From contig CAZEDW010000014.1 of the NCBI GenBank assembly GCA_964510955.1, forward strand, positions 10,192-74,191: DNA of 64,000 nucleotides, in the 5' to 3' direction. Below the pieces are notes generated by a model. The model was not told the origin of the DNA. It ran no database searches and worked only from the letters and a program-made list of their open reading frames with translations. Below are positions 56,869-64,000 of the stretch, in pieces (the first letter of the stretch is position 1; the number at the start of each line of letters is the position of its first letter). The stretch comes from an uncultured Phycisphaeraceae bacterium (GTDB lineage: Bacteria > Planctomycetota > Phycisphaerae > Phycisphaerales > UBA1924). Both the position numbers and the translations under genes were made by a program.

Positions 56869-57618
56869 GTGTTCACAGGCGGCAGCAGATTTCCAGGGTC
56901 GCGTTCGCACCGCGGGCGGGGAGGCGCCGGGGGAGGCGGCTTCACGCTCGTCGAGTTGCTGGTTGTCGTCGCGGTGATCGGCGTGCTTCTGGGCGTTCTG
57001 CTGCCGACGCTCTCGTCGGCGACCCAGGCGGGCCGGGCGGCCGTCTGCGCCGCCAATCTGCGTCAGTGCTTCATGATCTGCCGCGCGTACGCCGACGACA
57101 ACGCCGGTCTCGGCCCCGCCGTGGGCCAGCCGTACCTGTCGCTCCCCAACTGGGCCCTGGTGGTGCAGGCCGGCGCGGGGCGGGGCGGGGTCACGCCGAG
57201 CGAGCTCTACGCGGAGTCGTCGTGCCTGGTGTGCCCGCAGACGTTGGTGAACGCGGGCCAGCCCATGACACGGACGTACGCCATGAACGCCACCGGTCAC
57301 GCCGGCGCACCGGGCGATGCGGACAACTACGACGCCCCACCGCCCGCCGGGTCGGCGCCGGTGGCCATCCGCTTCGACAAGGTGGTAAGGCCGTCGGGGA
57401 CTGCGCTGCTGGTGGATTCGTCCGCGCCGCCGCAGGGGCCGGGGCAGCCGCCCGCGACGCGCACCAGCAGCGTGATCGACTTCCGGAACCCGGCGCACAC
57501 GCCTTCGCGGCTGGGGTTCGTGCACTCGGGCGCCCGGGCGTTCAACGCGTGCAGGTTCGACGGCTCGGGCGAGCAATACCGCGCGGTCGAGGCGTCGTGG
57601 CTCACACCGTTGCCCTGA
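56869..57618 (+). CDS. prepilin-type N-terminal cleavage/methylation domain protein (planctomycete H-X(n)-DG type)
   Basis: GFTLVELLVVVAVIGVLLGVLLP is the type IV pilin-like leader. The C-terminal HSGARAFNACRFDGS resembles the H-X9-DG family motif. GTG start. Confidence 0.8.
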   Translation: MFTGGSRFPGSRSHRGRGGAGGGGFTLVELLVVVAVIGVLLGVLLPTLSSATQAGRAAVCAANLRQCFMICRAYADDNAGLGPAVGQPYLSLPNWALVVQAGAGRGGVTPSELYAESSCLVCPQTLVNAGQPMTRTYAMNATGHAGAPGDADNYDAPPPAGSAPVAIRFDKVVRPSGTALLVDSSAPPQGPGQPPATRTSSVIDFRNPAHTPSRLGFVHSGARAFNACRFDGSGEQYRAVEASWLTPLP

Positions 57619-57637
57619 CGGCGCAGGCCGCAAAAGA

Positions 57638-58609
57638 TCAGCGCTGCTCGCGCCGCGCGAGCGCCTCGGTCAGCATCGACTCCACCTGTTCCAGCCGGCG
57701 CGAGATGCCCACGATCTCCGTCTCGGCCTTTACATTCACCTGGAAGTCCAGGTCCGTTCGCAGGCGGTCTTTCTCGCTCTGGCGGTTCTGGCTGACCATC
57801 ACGAAGATGCTCAGGAAGATCGCCTCCAGGCTCACGACCATCGTCAGCAGGCCGAAGGGGAATGGGTCGAAGATCCACCACGGGACCTCGGCGTCCGCGG
57901 GCGGGTTGATCCTGTGAAACTTGAGAAGCGGGCCGACCGTGTTCAGCAGGATCCACAGCCCGAACCACGCCAGGTGGAAAATCGTGAACCACTGGCTGGC
58001 CGCGACCGTGGCGATGACGTCGCTCACCCGCTGCCACGGCGTGACGCGCGACTGCTCGAACAGCTCGTTCGGATTCGCCATCTGGCGCAGCGCTTCGTTG
58101 CTGGCACGCTGGCGCTGCCCCATGACCGCCAGGATGTCCACCGCCGCGTGCGGGTGGCGCAGAAGGAACGCGTGGAAGTCCTTGCGGCTGAGCACCAGCA
58201 GCTCCGACGCCTCGCCCGCCCGCACCGTGGCGGTGCGGACACCCCCGTCGAGCAGGCTGATCTCGCCGAAGAACCCACCCGGCCCCAGCGAAGCGATGGT
58301 GACGTGCTCCCCCTTGCTGTTGGGGACGGTCACGAGCATCTGACCCGAGTCGACGAGGTAGAACGTGTCGCCCCGGTCGCCGAGCCAGAAGACCGTCTGA
58401 TTCGCCGGCACCGCCTCGCGCTTCAGCATCGCGAACAGGTCGGCCTGCTCCTGCGCGTCCAGGCGCGCGAACAGCGGGATGTGGGCCAGGGGCCCGCCCG
58501 GGTCGCCGGTGCTGGAAATCGCCCGGTCGGCGCGCAGGAACCCTTCGAGCTGCGCCGACAGCTCGGACGACTGGGTCTGGTGCGGGTCGGCTTTGCCGTG
58601 GCGGTTCAT
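57638..58609 (-). CDS. cyclic-nucleotide-binding domain fused to a DUF1003 membrane domain
   Basis: 323 aa. cNMP-binding core GGFFGEISLLDGGVRTATVRA. C-terminal FDPFPFGLLTMVVSLEAIFLSIFVMVSQNRQ is typical of DUF1003. Confidence 0.75.
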   Translation of the reverse strand: MNRHGKADPHQTQSSELSAQLEGFLRADRAISSTGDPGGPLAHIPLFARLDAQEQADLFAMLKREAVPANQTVFWLGDRGDTFYLVDSGQMLVTVPNSKGEHVTIASLGPGGFFGEISLLDGGVRTATVRAGEASELLVLSRKDFHAFLLRHPHAAVDILAVMGQRQRASNEALRQMANPNELFEQSRVTPWQRVSDVIATVAASQWFTIFHLAWFGLWILLNTVGPLLKFHRINPPADAEVPWWIFDPFPFGLLTMVVSLEAIFLSIFVMVSQNRQSEKDRLRTDLDFQVNVKAETEIVGISRRLEQVESMLTEALARREQR

Positions 58610-58703
58610 CCGATGGAGACTCTACCCGAACTCGATCCGCGGGCGCGGTGGCTCTCGACGCGCCGCGGGGTGGGCACGCCCCGGCTCCAACGCGAATCCC
58701 AGT

Positions 58704-58904
58704 TCAACCGCCGCCCACCAGCGTGACGATCTCGACGCGGTCGCCGTCAACGATCACCCGCTCGGCGTGCCTGCGCTTGGGGACCAGCTCCTTGTTCACC
58801 TCGACGGCGGCGGGCTGCCTGCTCAGCAGCAGCCGCTCCAGCAGCATGGCGACGGTGGTTCCGTCCTCCAGCGTCTCGGGTTTGCCGTTGATTGTCGCCT
58901 GCAT
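58704..58904 (-). CDS. thiS: ThiS/MoaD-like sulfur-carrier protein
   Basis: 66 aa. MQATINGKPETLEDGTTVAMLLERL ... DGDRVEIVTLVGGG, with a C-terminal Gly-Gly. Confidence 0.8.
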   Translation of the reverse strand: MQATINGKPETLEDGTTVAMLLERLLLSRQPAAVEVNKELVPKRRHAERVIVDGDRVEIVTLVGGG

Positions 58905-58969
58905 CGGGTGGATCGTAGCCCGCGATTCCGTCGCCGGTCGCTGATCCTGTAGAGGCCGGGTCGATTACG

Positions 58970-59545
58970 ATGCCCCCGCACGCCCGCTCCGCCGCCATGA
59001 CCCGACGCAACGTGTTCATCATGATCGCCGTGCTGGTGTCGGTGGATGCCTTCATCATCGGCGTGCTGCTGGGGGTGCAGGTGAAGTGGTGGGTGGGCGT
59101 TCTGGTGGGGCTTTCCGCCGGGCTGTTGCCGCTGGCGATCATCGGCCCCGGGTTCGCCGTCATGCTGTGGGCGATGGGCTGGACAAAGCTGGCGGACCAG
59201 TTCCCCTCGGTGGGCGGGCCGATGCCGCCCGAGGCGCGGGTCGCCCCAAGCTTCACGCTGCGCGGCATCCCGATGAGCAACGTCGTCGCGTGGTCCTCCG
59301 ATGAGGACTATCTGCACATCGCCCCGCTCATCCCCGTGGCGCCGCTGGCGCCCAAGTTGTCGATCCCATGGGCGGCGGTCGAGTTCCCCGGCGGCATCGA
59401 GGGCGAGCGCAAACGCGGCGCCGGCGTCAAGGTGGCGGTGTCCGGGCTGAACATGACCGTGCCCATCGAACTGGTCCGCGATGAACTGGCGCTGCGCCGG
59501 GCGATCTCTCAGCAGCAGGGGCCCGCGGAAACCCCGCCCGCTTGA
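58970..59545 (+). CDS. hypothetical membrane protein
   Basis: 191 aa with two or three N-terminal hydrophobic helices and no recognised motif. An alternative ATG lies at 58997. Confidence 0.45.
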   Translation: MPPHARSAAMTRRNVFIMIAVLVSVDAFIIGVLLGVQVKWWVGVLVGLSAGLLPLAIIGPGFAVMLWAMGWTKLADQFPSVGGPMPPEARVAPSFTLRGIPMSNVVAWSSDEDYLHIAPLIPVAPLAPKLSIPWAAVEFPGGIEGERKRGAGVKVAVSGLNMTVPIELVRDELALRRAISQQQGPAETPPA

Positions 59546-59578
59546 CCGTGGCCGCCCCGTGCGTTCCAATCGACCCGG

Positions 59579-60325
59579 ATGAACCACGCCGCACCCAAAG
59601 CCAAACGACTGCTCCTGAAGCTCTCCGGCGAGGCGTTCTGCTCACCCGGCGGATTCGGCGTGGATTCGGAGGACCTGCGCCTCATCGCCCGCGAGATCGT
59701 GTCGGCCGCCCAGAGCGGCGTGCAGATCGCCGTGGTGGTAGGGGGCGGCAACATCATCCGCGGCGCCCAGCTCGCCAAGGAAGGCCTCATCCACCGCGCC
59801 ACCGCCGACTACATGGGCATGCTCGGCACCGTCATCAACGGCCTGGCACTCCGTGAGGCCCTCGACGAGCTGGGCCATCCGGCCCGCTGCATGACGGCCA
59901 TCGACATCAACGCCGTCGCCGAGCCGTTCATCCGCCTGCGGGCCATCCGGCACCTGGAGACCGGCCATGTGGTGATCCTCGCCGGCGGCACCGGCAACCC
60001 CTTCTTCACCACCGACACCAACGCAGCCCTGCGCGCCACCGAACTGGAGTGCGAGGCCGTGCTGAAGGCCTCGACCATCGACGGCGTCTACACCGCCGAC
60101 CCCAAGAAAGACCCCAAGGCCACCCGCTACACGCGGCTCACGTTCGCCGAGGCGCTGGACAAGAAGCTCAAGATCATGGACGCCACCGCCTTGGCGATGT
60201 GCCAGGAGCAGAAGCTGCCGGTGCTGGTGTTCGACTTCAAGAAGCCCGGGAACATCAAGCTGGCCATCGCCGGGAGCACCGGCTCCGCCGGCGGCGGCGT
60301 CGGGACGTGGATAGTGAACGAGTAG
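59579..60325 (+). CDS. pyrH: UMP kinase
   Basis: 248 aa. Contains LLKLSGEAF, VVGGGNIIRG, TADYMGMLGTVINGLAL and GTGNPFFTTD. Confidence 0.92.
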   Translation: MNHAAPKAKRLLLKLSGEAFCSPGGFGVDSEDLRLIAREIVSAAQSGVQIAVVVGGGNIIRGAQLAKEGLIHRATADYMGMLGTVINGLALREALDELGHPARCMTAIDINAVAEPFIRLRAIRHLETGHVVILAGGTGNPFFTTDTNAALRATELECEAVLKASTIDGVYTADPKKDPKATRYTRLTFAEALDKKLKIMDATALAMCQEQKLPVLVFDFKKPGNIKLAIAGSTGSAGGGVGTWIVNE

Positions 60326-60336
60326 CGACTTGTCGT

Positions 60337-60372
60337 GCCACGGGTTTCTCCGTCCGCGGAGATACCCGTGGC
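60337..60372 (+). terminator. GC-rich hairpin downstream of pyrH (no T-tract)
   Basis: GCCACGGGT-TCTCCG-TCC-CGGAGA-ACCCGTGGC is a nested palindrome that starts 12 nt after the pyrH stop. Confidence 0.4.
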
Positions 60373-60521
60373 GACCACGCGGAACTGCGGGCCTGGTGCC
60401 GGGCATCGTGGCACGGTCTCCTCGCCGTACCACGTCGAACCGGCCAACAAACGCGGGGCACGCGAAGACGCGTACCCCGGCACCCGAACTCTCTCTTTGC
60501 CCGCCCGGCGATCAGCCCCGT

Positions 60522-60740
60522 TCAATGCCGGTACGTGATCCGCGCCCGCGACAGGTCGTACGGCGAGATCTCGACCGTCACCTTGTCACCCGGCAGGATG
60601 CGGATGTAGTTCTGCCGCATCTTCCCCGACACATACGCCAGCACCTCCACCTGGTTGGGCAGCTTCACGCGGAACATCGCGTTGGGCAAAGCGTCCAGCA
60701 CCTCGGCGTCCATCGTGAACTTGTCTTCCTGCTTGGGCAT
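60522..60740 (-). CDS. infA: translation initiation factor IF-1
   Basis: The track ORF extends to 60800; the ATG at 60740 (MPKQEDKF) is preferred. [58 protein letters not shown] is the classic IF-1 S1-like sequence. Confidence 0.92.
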   Translation of the reverse strand: MPKQEDKFTMDAEVLDALPNAMFRVKLPNQVEVLAYVSGKMRQNYIRILPGDKVTVEISPYDLSRARITYRH

Positions 60741-61648
60741 GCGGGCTCGCGTCGGCGGTACGGGGGTCGGATCGACCGGCAACTGCCGACGCTCGCACAA
60801 ACACCTGATGCGACGGCGGCCACCGGATTGGGGGAAGCATCATACGCGCAAGCGAGCTTGGCGTGTGGAACTGCCAGCCACGAGTCGATTCGACCCCCGG
60901 ACCGATGGCCGGCGCGGCAAACCCGGCATTGAGATTCAATTGCAGGGCTCACACCACGCCCCGTGGCTCGATTGGCACCGCACTCCGGGCAAGGCGAGCC
61001 CAACGGCAAGCCGGCGAGTGGGTAACCGCATGCGGGGCACAGACCACGACGAAGTCTGACAATCCGTCGTATGAGGCCGGTTGTCGAGATCACGACTCCC
61101 CATGCTGCGCCGTAGACTGCAATGTTTGCGGCAAATCCCGACCAGAGCGGGCGATAAGCCAGAAGCCATTCCTCGTTGCCTTTGCCATGGATGACACACG
61201 CGCTCTCGAGAAAATCGGGCGAACCCCAACATCGTGTGCATGACACGCTTCGGAATGGAATCCCGTAATGCAGTTCCCAGAAATACTGCACGTCTCCGAA
61301 CATGTCCCAATCCGGGTAGTTTGGTAGCTCGCGCGAATAATCCGCTTGGCGCAGTGCTTGCCGAGAATACCGGCGCTCCTCGGCGGTGAGCGCTTGTCGC
61401 GCCCCGCGGACGTAGGCCAGGAGTTCTGTTGAATAGGTGCCGAACCGTCGGCGCATCAGGAAGACACGTCCGATGCCGCCCTCGGCGAGGCTATCCGTTA
61501 TCAATTTCCAGCGGAGAGTGGGGTAGGCGCAGGCAATACCCACAACCACCGTCGATGCGAGTCCCAAGCACCCGCACCATGTGGTAATCCGTAGCAATCG
61601 CTTGAAGTGGTAACACCAGCGGGGCGGCTTGAACCCATCAAGCGGCAT
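60665..61648 (-). CDS. hypothetical 2-TM protein with cytoplasmic zinc ribbon (CPACG...CPECG), in lower-GC DNA
   Basis: 327-aa ORF. TM1 is [18 protein letters not shown] and TM2 is [22 protein letters not shown], followed by [31 protein letters not shown]. The last ~100 aa are Arg/Cys/Ser-rich, look non-coding, and overlap infA. Confidence 0.5.
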   Translation of the reverse strand: MPLDGFKPPRWCYHFKRLLRITTWCGCLGLASTVVVGIACAYPTLRWKLITDSLAEGGIGRVFLMRRRFGTYSTELLAYVRGARQALTAEERRYSRQALRQADYSRELPNYPDWDMFGDVQYFWELHYGIPFRSVSCTRCWGSPDFLESACVIHGKGNEEWLLAYRPLWSGFAANIAVYGAAWGVVISTTGLIRRIVRLRRGLCPACGYPLAGLPLGSPCPECGANRATGRGVSPAIESQCRVCRAGHRSGGRIDSWLAVPHAKLACAYDASPNPVAAVASGVCASVGSCRSIRPPYRRREPACPSRKTSSRWTPRCWTLCPTRCSA

Positions 61649-61943
61649 CCAGAAGCCTCGCGTCGTTCAAAACCCTTTGACGAGATCGCGGCGGGATTCC
61701 CGCCAGCATGGACATATGGACGGGGCGCCCGAGGAGTTCCGTCAACTCCATCTGCAGGCCTCCCAATCTGAACAGACCCACCGGGTTGGCCGGATCAGTC
61801 TCAACGAGTACATCGATGTCGCTGTCTGGGCCGAACCGATCGGTCAGAACCGACCCGAACAGGTACGCGCGACGAACACCCGCTCGCCCGCACGCCGCGG
61901 CGATGCGGTGGCTCTCGATCACGATGCCGCTGGGCAGCTTCAT
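61638..61943 (-). CDS. MNT-type nucleotidyltransferase (COG1669-like antitoxin-type protein)
   Basis: 101 aa, taken from the 3' part of track ORF 61638..62603 (ATG at 61943). AYLFGSVLTDRFGPDSDIDVLVE matches the minimal nucleotidyltransferase motif GS-x(9-10)-D-x-D. Confidence 0.7.
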   Translation of the reverse strand: MKLPSGIVIESHRIAAACGRAGVRRAYLFGSVLTDRFGPDSDIDVLVETDPANPVGLFRLGGLQMELTELLGRPVHMSMLAGIPPRSRQRVLNDARLLDAA

Positions 61944-61981
61944 CGCATTGGATTCTACGCCCGGTTTTGACGGAGCGTAAC

Positions 61982-62008
61982 TAAAACCCCCGGCTCGCGC
62001 CGGGGGCT
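61982..62008 (-). terminator. intrinsic terminator-like hairpin after the deoxyhypusine synthase-like gene
   Basis: The minus strand reads GCCCCCGGCGCGAGCCGGGGG followed by TTTTAGTT, about 30 nt after the stop at 62036. Confidence 0.65.
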
Positions 62009-62035
62009 CAGAAGAATCACGTTGTCCCGCGTCGC

Positions 62036-63166
62036 TTACCGCGTCGCCGTCTTCCGAGGGGGCGCCTTCATGAACTCCGGCATCCCATCCCCCTTCTCGA
62101 ACATGTCGGCGAACTTGAAGCCCTTGCGCTTCTTCCAGTTGGCGCGGTGGAAGGCGTCGCTGGCCATCAGCGGGAACAGGGCCGTCAGCTCGCCGAACAC
62201 CATCTGCTCGTGCACCACGTCCACCTTGCCCCAGCTGCACGCCTCGCGGAGGGTCGAACCCGACAAAGCCCCGTCGCGCGAATCGGCCACGGTCATCTGG
62301 ATGGCGTACTTGTGCATGCCGATGTCGCCGCGGGCCTTGCCGCCCTTGCGCTCGTTGAGCAGCTCGGCGGCCACCACGATGTCCTGGGCGAAGTTCTTGG
62401 GCACGCCGCCGCCGAGCATGAGCAGGCCGGTGTCCTTGCACGCCAGCTTGATGTCGGTGAGCTCGCGGAAGTCCTTGCCGCTGTCGATGGCGACCAGCCC
62501 GCGGCCTTCCTCGATGGCCTCGGTCTGCTGCAGCACGATGCCGAAGCCGGCGGAGCAGTCGCTGAACGCGGGGCAGAAGATCGGCACGCGCTTCTGGAAG
62601 CACGTCTTGACGATGCTCTCGTTCTTCGGGTGGTGCTTGGCGAGGTACGCCCCCATCGCCTCGATGAACTCGCGACTGCTGTACGCGCCGGGCTCAAAGG
62701 CGTTGAAGATGCGGTGCGTGGCGGCGTCGCAGGCCCGCAGGTCGTCCTCGTCAATGTAGGTGTCGTAGATGCGGTCGATCATCATGTTCCGCAGCGTCAT
62801 GTCGTCGACGGGCGGGGCCTCGGGGCTGCCGGGGGCGATGTAGTGCTTGAAGCCCAGGCCCTCGAAGAAGTCCTGGTCGACGATGTTCGCGCCGGTGGAC
62901 ACGATCGCGTCCACCATGTTGTTCTCGATGAGCGTGATCAGCGCCTTCTTCAGGCCCGCGCTGATGAGGCTGCCCGCGAGGGTCAGGATCACCGCGCAGT
63001 CCTTGTCCTTGAGCATCATCGAGTAGATGTCCGCCGCGTTGGCCAGCGTGCGGCTGGAGTACGCCATCTGCCGGTAGCTGTCGATGACGGGTCGGGCATC
63101 GAACTTGGTGATGTCGATGTGCTTGACGGGGTTGGCGAGCAGCTCTTTTTTGGTCCAGTTGGGCAT
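62036..63166 (-). CDS. deoxyhypusine synthase-like protein
   Basis: The track ORF extends to 63289; the ATG at 63166 (MPNWTKKELLANP) is preferred. Contains ILTLAGSLISAGLKKALITLIENNMVDAIVSTGANIVDQDFFE and LMLGGGVPKNF, typical of the DHS family. Confidence 0.85.
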   Translation of the reverse strand: MPNWTKKELLANPVKHIDITKFDARPVIDSYRQMAYSSRTLANAADIYSMMLKDKDCAVILTLAGSLISAGLKKALITLIENNMVDAIVSTGANIVDQDFFEGLGFKHYIAPGSPEAPPVDDMTLRNMMIDRIYDTYIDEDDLRACDAATHRIFNAFEPGAYSSREFIEAMGAYLAKHHPKNESIVKTCFQKRVPIFCPAFSDCSAGFGIVLQQTEAIEEGRGLVAIDSGKDFRELTDIKLACKDTGLLMLGGGVPKNFAQDIVVAAELLNERKGGKARGDIGMHKYAIQMTVADSRDGALSGSTLREACSWGKVDVVHEQMVFGELTALFPLMASDAFHRANWKKRKGFKFADMFEKGDGMPEFMKAPPRKTATR

Positions 63167-63324
63167 GGGGACAATCCGCCTGCGGCGGCTCCGGGTATGG
63201 CCAAGCCCCCCTGGCCGGGTCGAGATTGCACGGGTCGCCGGGGGTGGCGGCGACAGGATGATTCTACACGCCTGCTTCCTGATTTGCACGAAAAATCACG
63301 GCAAAGCGAACGCGTTCCCCGGCG

Positions 63325-64000
63325 TTAGAGCCGCATCTTGGCCCAGTCCTTTCGGAGCCGTGACATCTCGGATTCGGCGGTGACTTTGATGATCTTGAGG
63401 GATTCAACGCTGTTGACGCGGCTGAAGCCGAGCGACTTGGCCTCGGCCTCCATCGACTCGTACTTGTCCACCAAGTCGATCACGCGGCGCCATGCGTCGA
63501 GTGCATCGTCGGTGTGATGCTTCCACGACACGGCGGACTCGGGCGTGAACATGTTGGAGTACTTGTAAACCCCATAGCTGAACTGCGAAGGGTCTTTGGC
63601 GCGGGCCGCTTCCACCACTGCTTGCAGCGTGGCCTCCGCCTTCTTGAGCTCGAGTTGCAGCTCGTCCTTGCGGTCAAGCTCACGCTTTGCCGCGTCCTTC
63701 TTCTCCTGGATTCCCTTAACGGTCTTGCGCATTGCGGCTTCGCCGTAGCCGCCGGCGGACTTCCACCTTGAGATGCCCAGCGTGGCGCCGATGGCGTCGG
63801 GGCCGGCGTCCAGTTCGGCGGCGAGGCCGAGCCTCACGGCGTCGCGGGCGTTGAGCGAGAGCGCGGCGTCAGGGCCGTCATCGGTGGCGGCGTCCTTGAC
63901 GCCGGCGGGGGCCTTGGAGGCCGCGTGGACCGCGCCCCTCTCGTCGGTCCAGGAGACCAGCGTGCGGGCGGGATCAATGAGCGCGGCGAAGAGGTCGGCG
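63325..64000 (-). CDS. hypothetical protein, C-terminal part (gene probably continues past the right edge)
   Basis: The track ORF 63325..63837 begins at a GTG. The same frame stays open from 63838 to base 64000 by my reading (ADLFAALIDPARTLVSWTDERG...). The C-terminal half is coiled-coil-like (KDELQLELKKAEATLQAVVEAARAK). Confidence 0.45.
   Translation of the reverse strand, partial: ADLFAALIDPARTLVSWTDERGAVHAASKAPAGVKDAATDDGPDAALSLNARDAVRLGLAAELDAGPDAIGATLGISRWKSAGGYGEAAMRKTVKGIQEKKDAAKRELDRKDELQLELKKAEATLQAVVEAARAKDPSQFSYGVYKYSNMFTPESAVSWKHHTDDALDAWRRVIDLVDKYESMEAEAKSLGFSRVNSVESLKIIKVTAESEMSRLRKDWAKMRL

Noticed and set aside
58905-58969. TPP riboswitch upstream of thiS
   Set aside because: Only about 65 nt separate thiS from the divergent gene. 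I could not find the conserved CUGAGA / ACCUGAUCUGGAUAAUGCCAGCG-type elements on the relevant strand.
61944-62603. Upstream two-thirds of the 321-aa minus-strand ORF 61638..62603
   Set aside because: This part is an off-frame shadow over the deoxyhypusine synthase-like gene and its terminator. Only the last 101 codons (from the ATG at 61943) form a recognisable MNT nucleotidyltransferase.

Overview
High-G+C (roughly two-thirds by eye) bacterial chromosomal segment that is densely coding on both strands. The gene content suggests Planctomycetota, possibly Phycisphaerae-like: four small PEP-CTERM proteins, three secreted proteins with C-terminal double dockerin-like repeats, and a prepilin-type H-X(n)-DG protein. 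This taxonomic call is inference only. Most of the window is housekeeping: purN, mdh, pdhB and a PDH E2, deoC, queG, a liv-type ABC transporter, recG, recJ, adk, pyrH, infA, a deoxyhypusine-synthase-like gene, an OPT transporter and a phosphohexomutase. I found no rRNA, tRNA, CRISPR array, integrase or transposase. Many long ORFs in the supplied track are antisense or off-frame shadows typical of high-GC DNA and were not called. Start codons are often uncertain (GTG/TTG starts, and N-terminal extensions in the track), and all functions come from motif recognition by eye, not searches. The most unusual loci are:
- (1) A tight operon of Tmk-like / CHAD / Ppx-GppA-HD / Tmk-like genes (5236-9957).
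- (2) A visibly lower-GC two-gene module at 60665-61943. An MNT-type nucleotidyltransferase overlaps by 11 nt a 2-TM zinc-ribbon protein where a HEPN partner would be expected. It is wedged between a terminator and infA.
- (3) An Avd-like four-helix-bundle gene bracketed by inverted GCAAA-type repeats, inserted between pdhB and the E2 gene.
- (4) A purine-rich/CACGTC element upstream of all four PEP-CTERM genes.
- (5) Tandem TPR-sulfotransferase paralogs, one carrying a 12-nt tandem repeat.
- (6) A membrane coiled-coil protein with a BRCT-like C-terminus, coupled to a lipid A-type acyltransferase.
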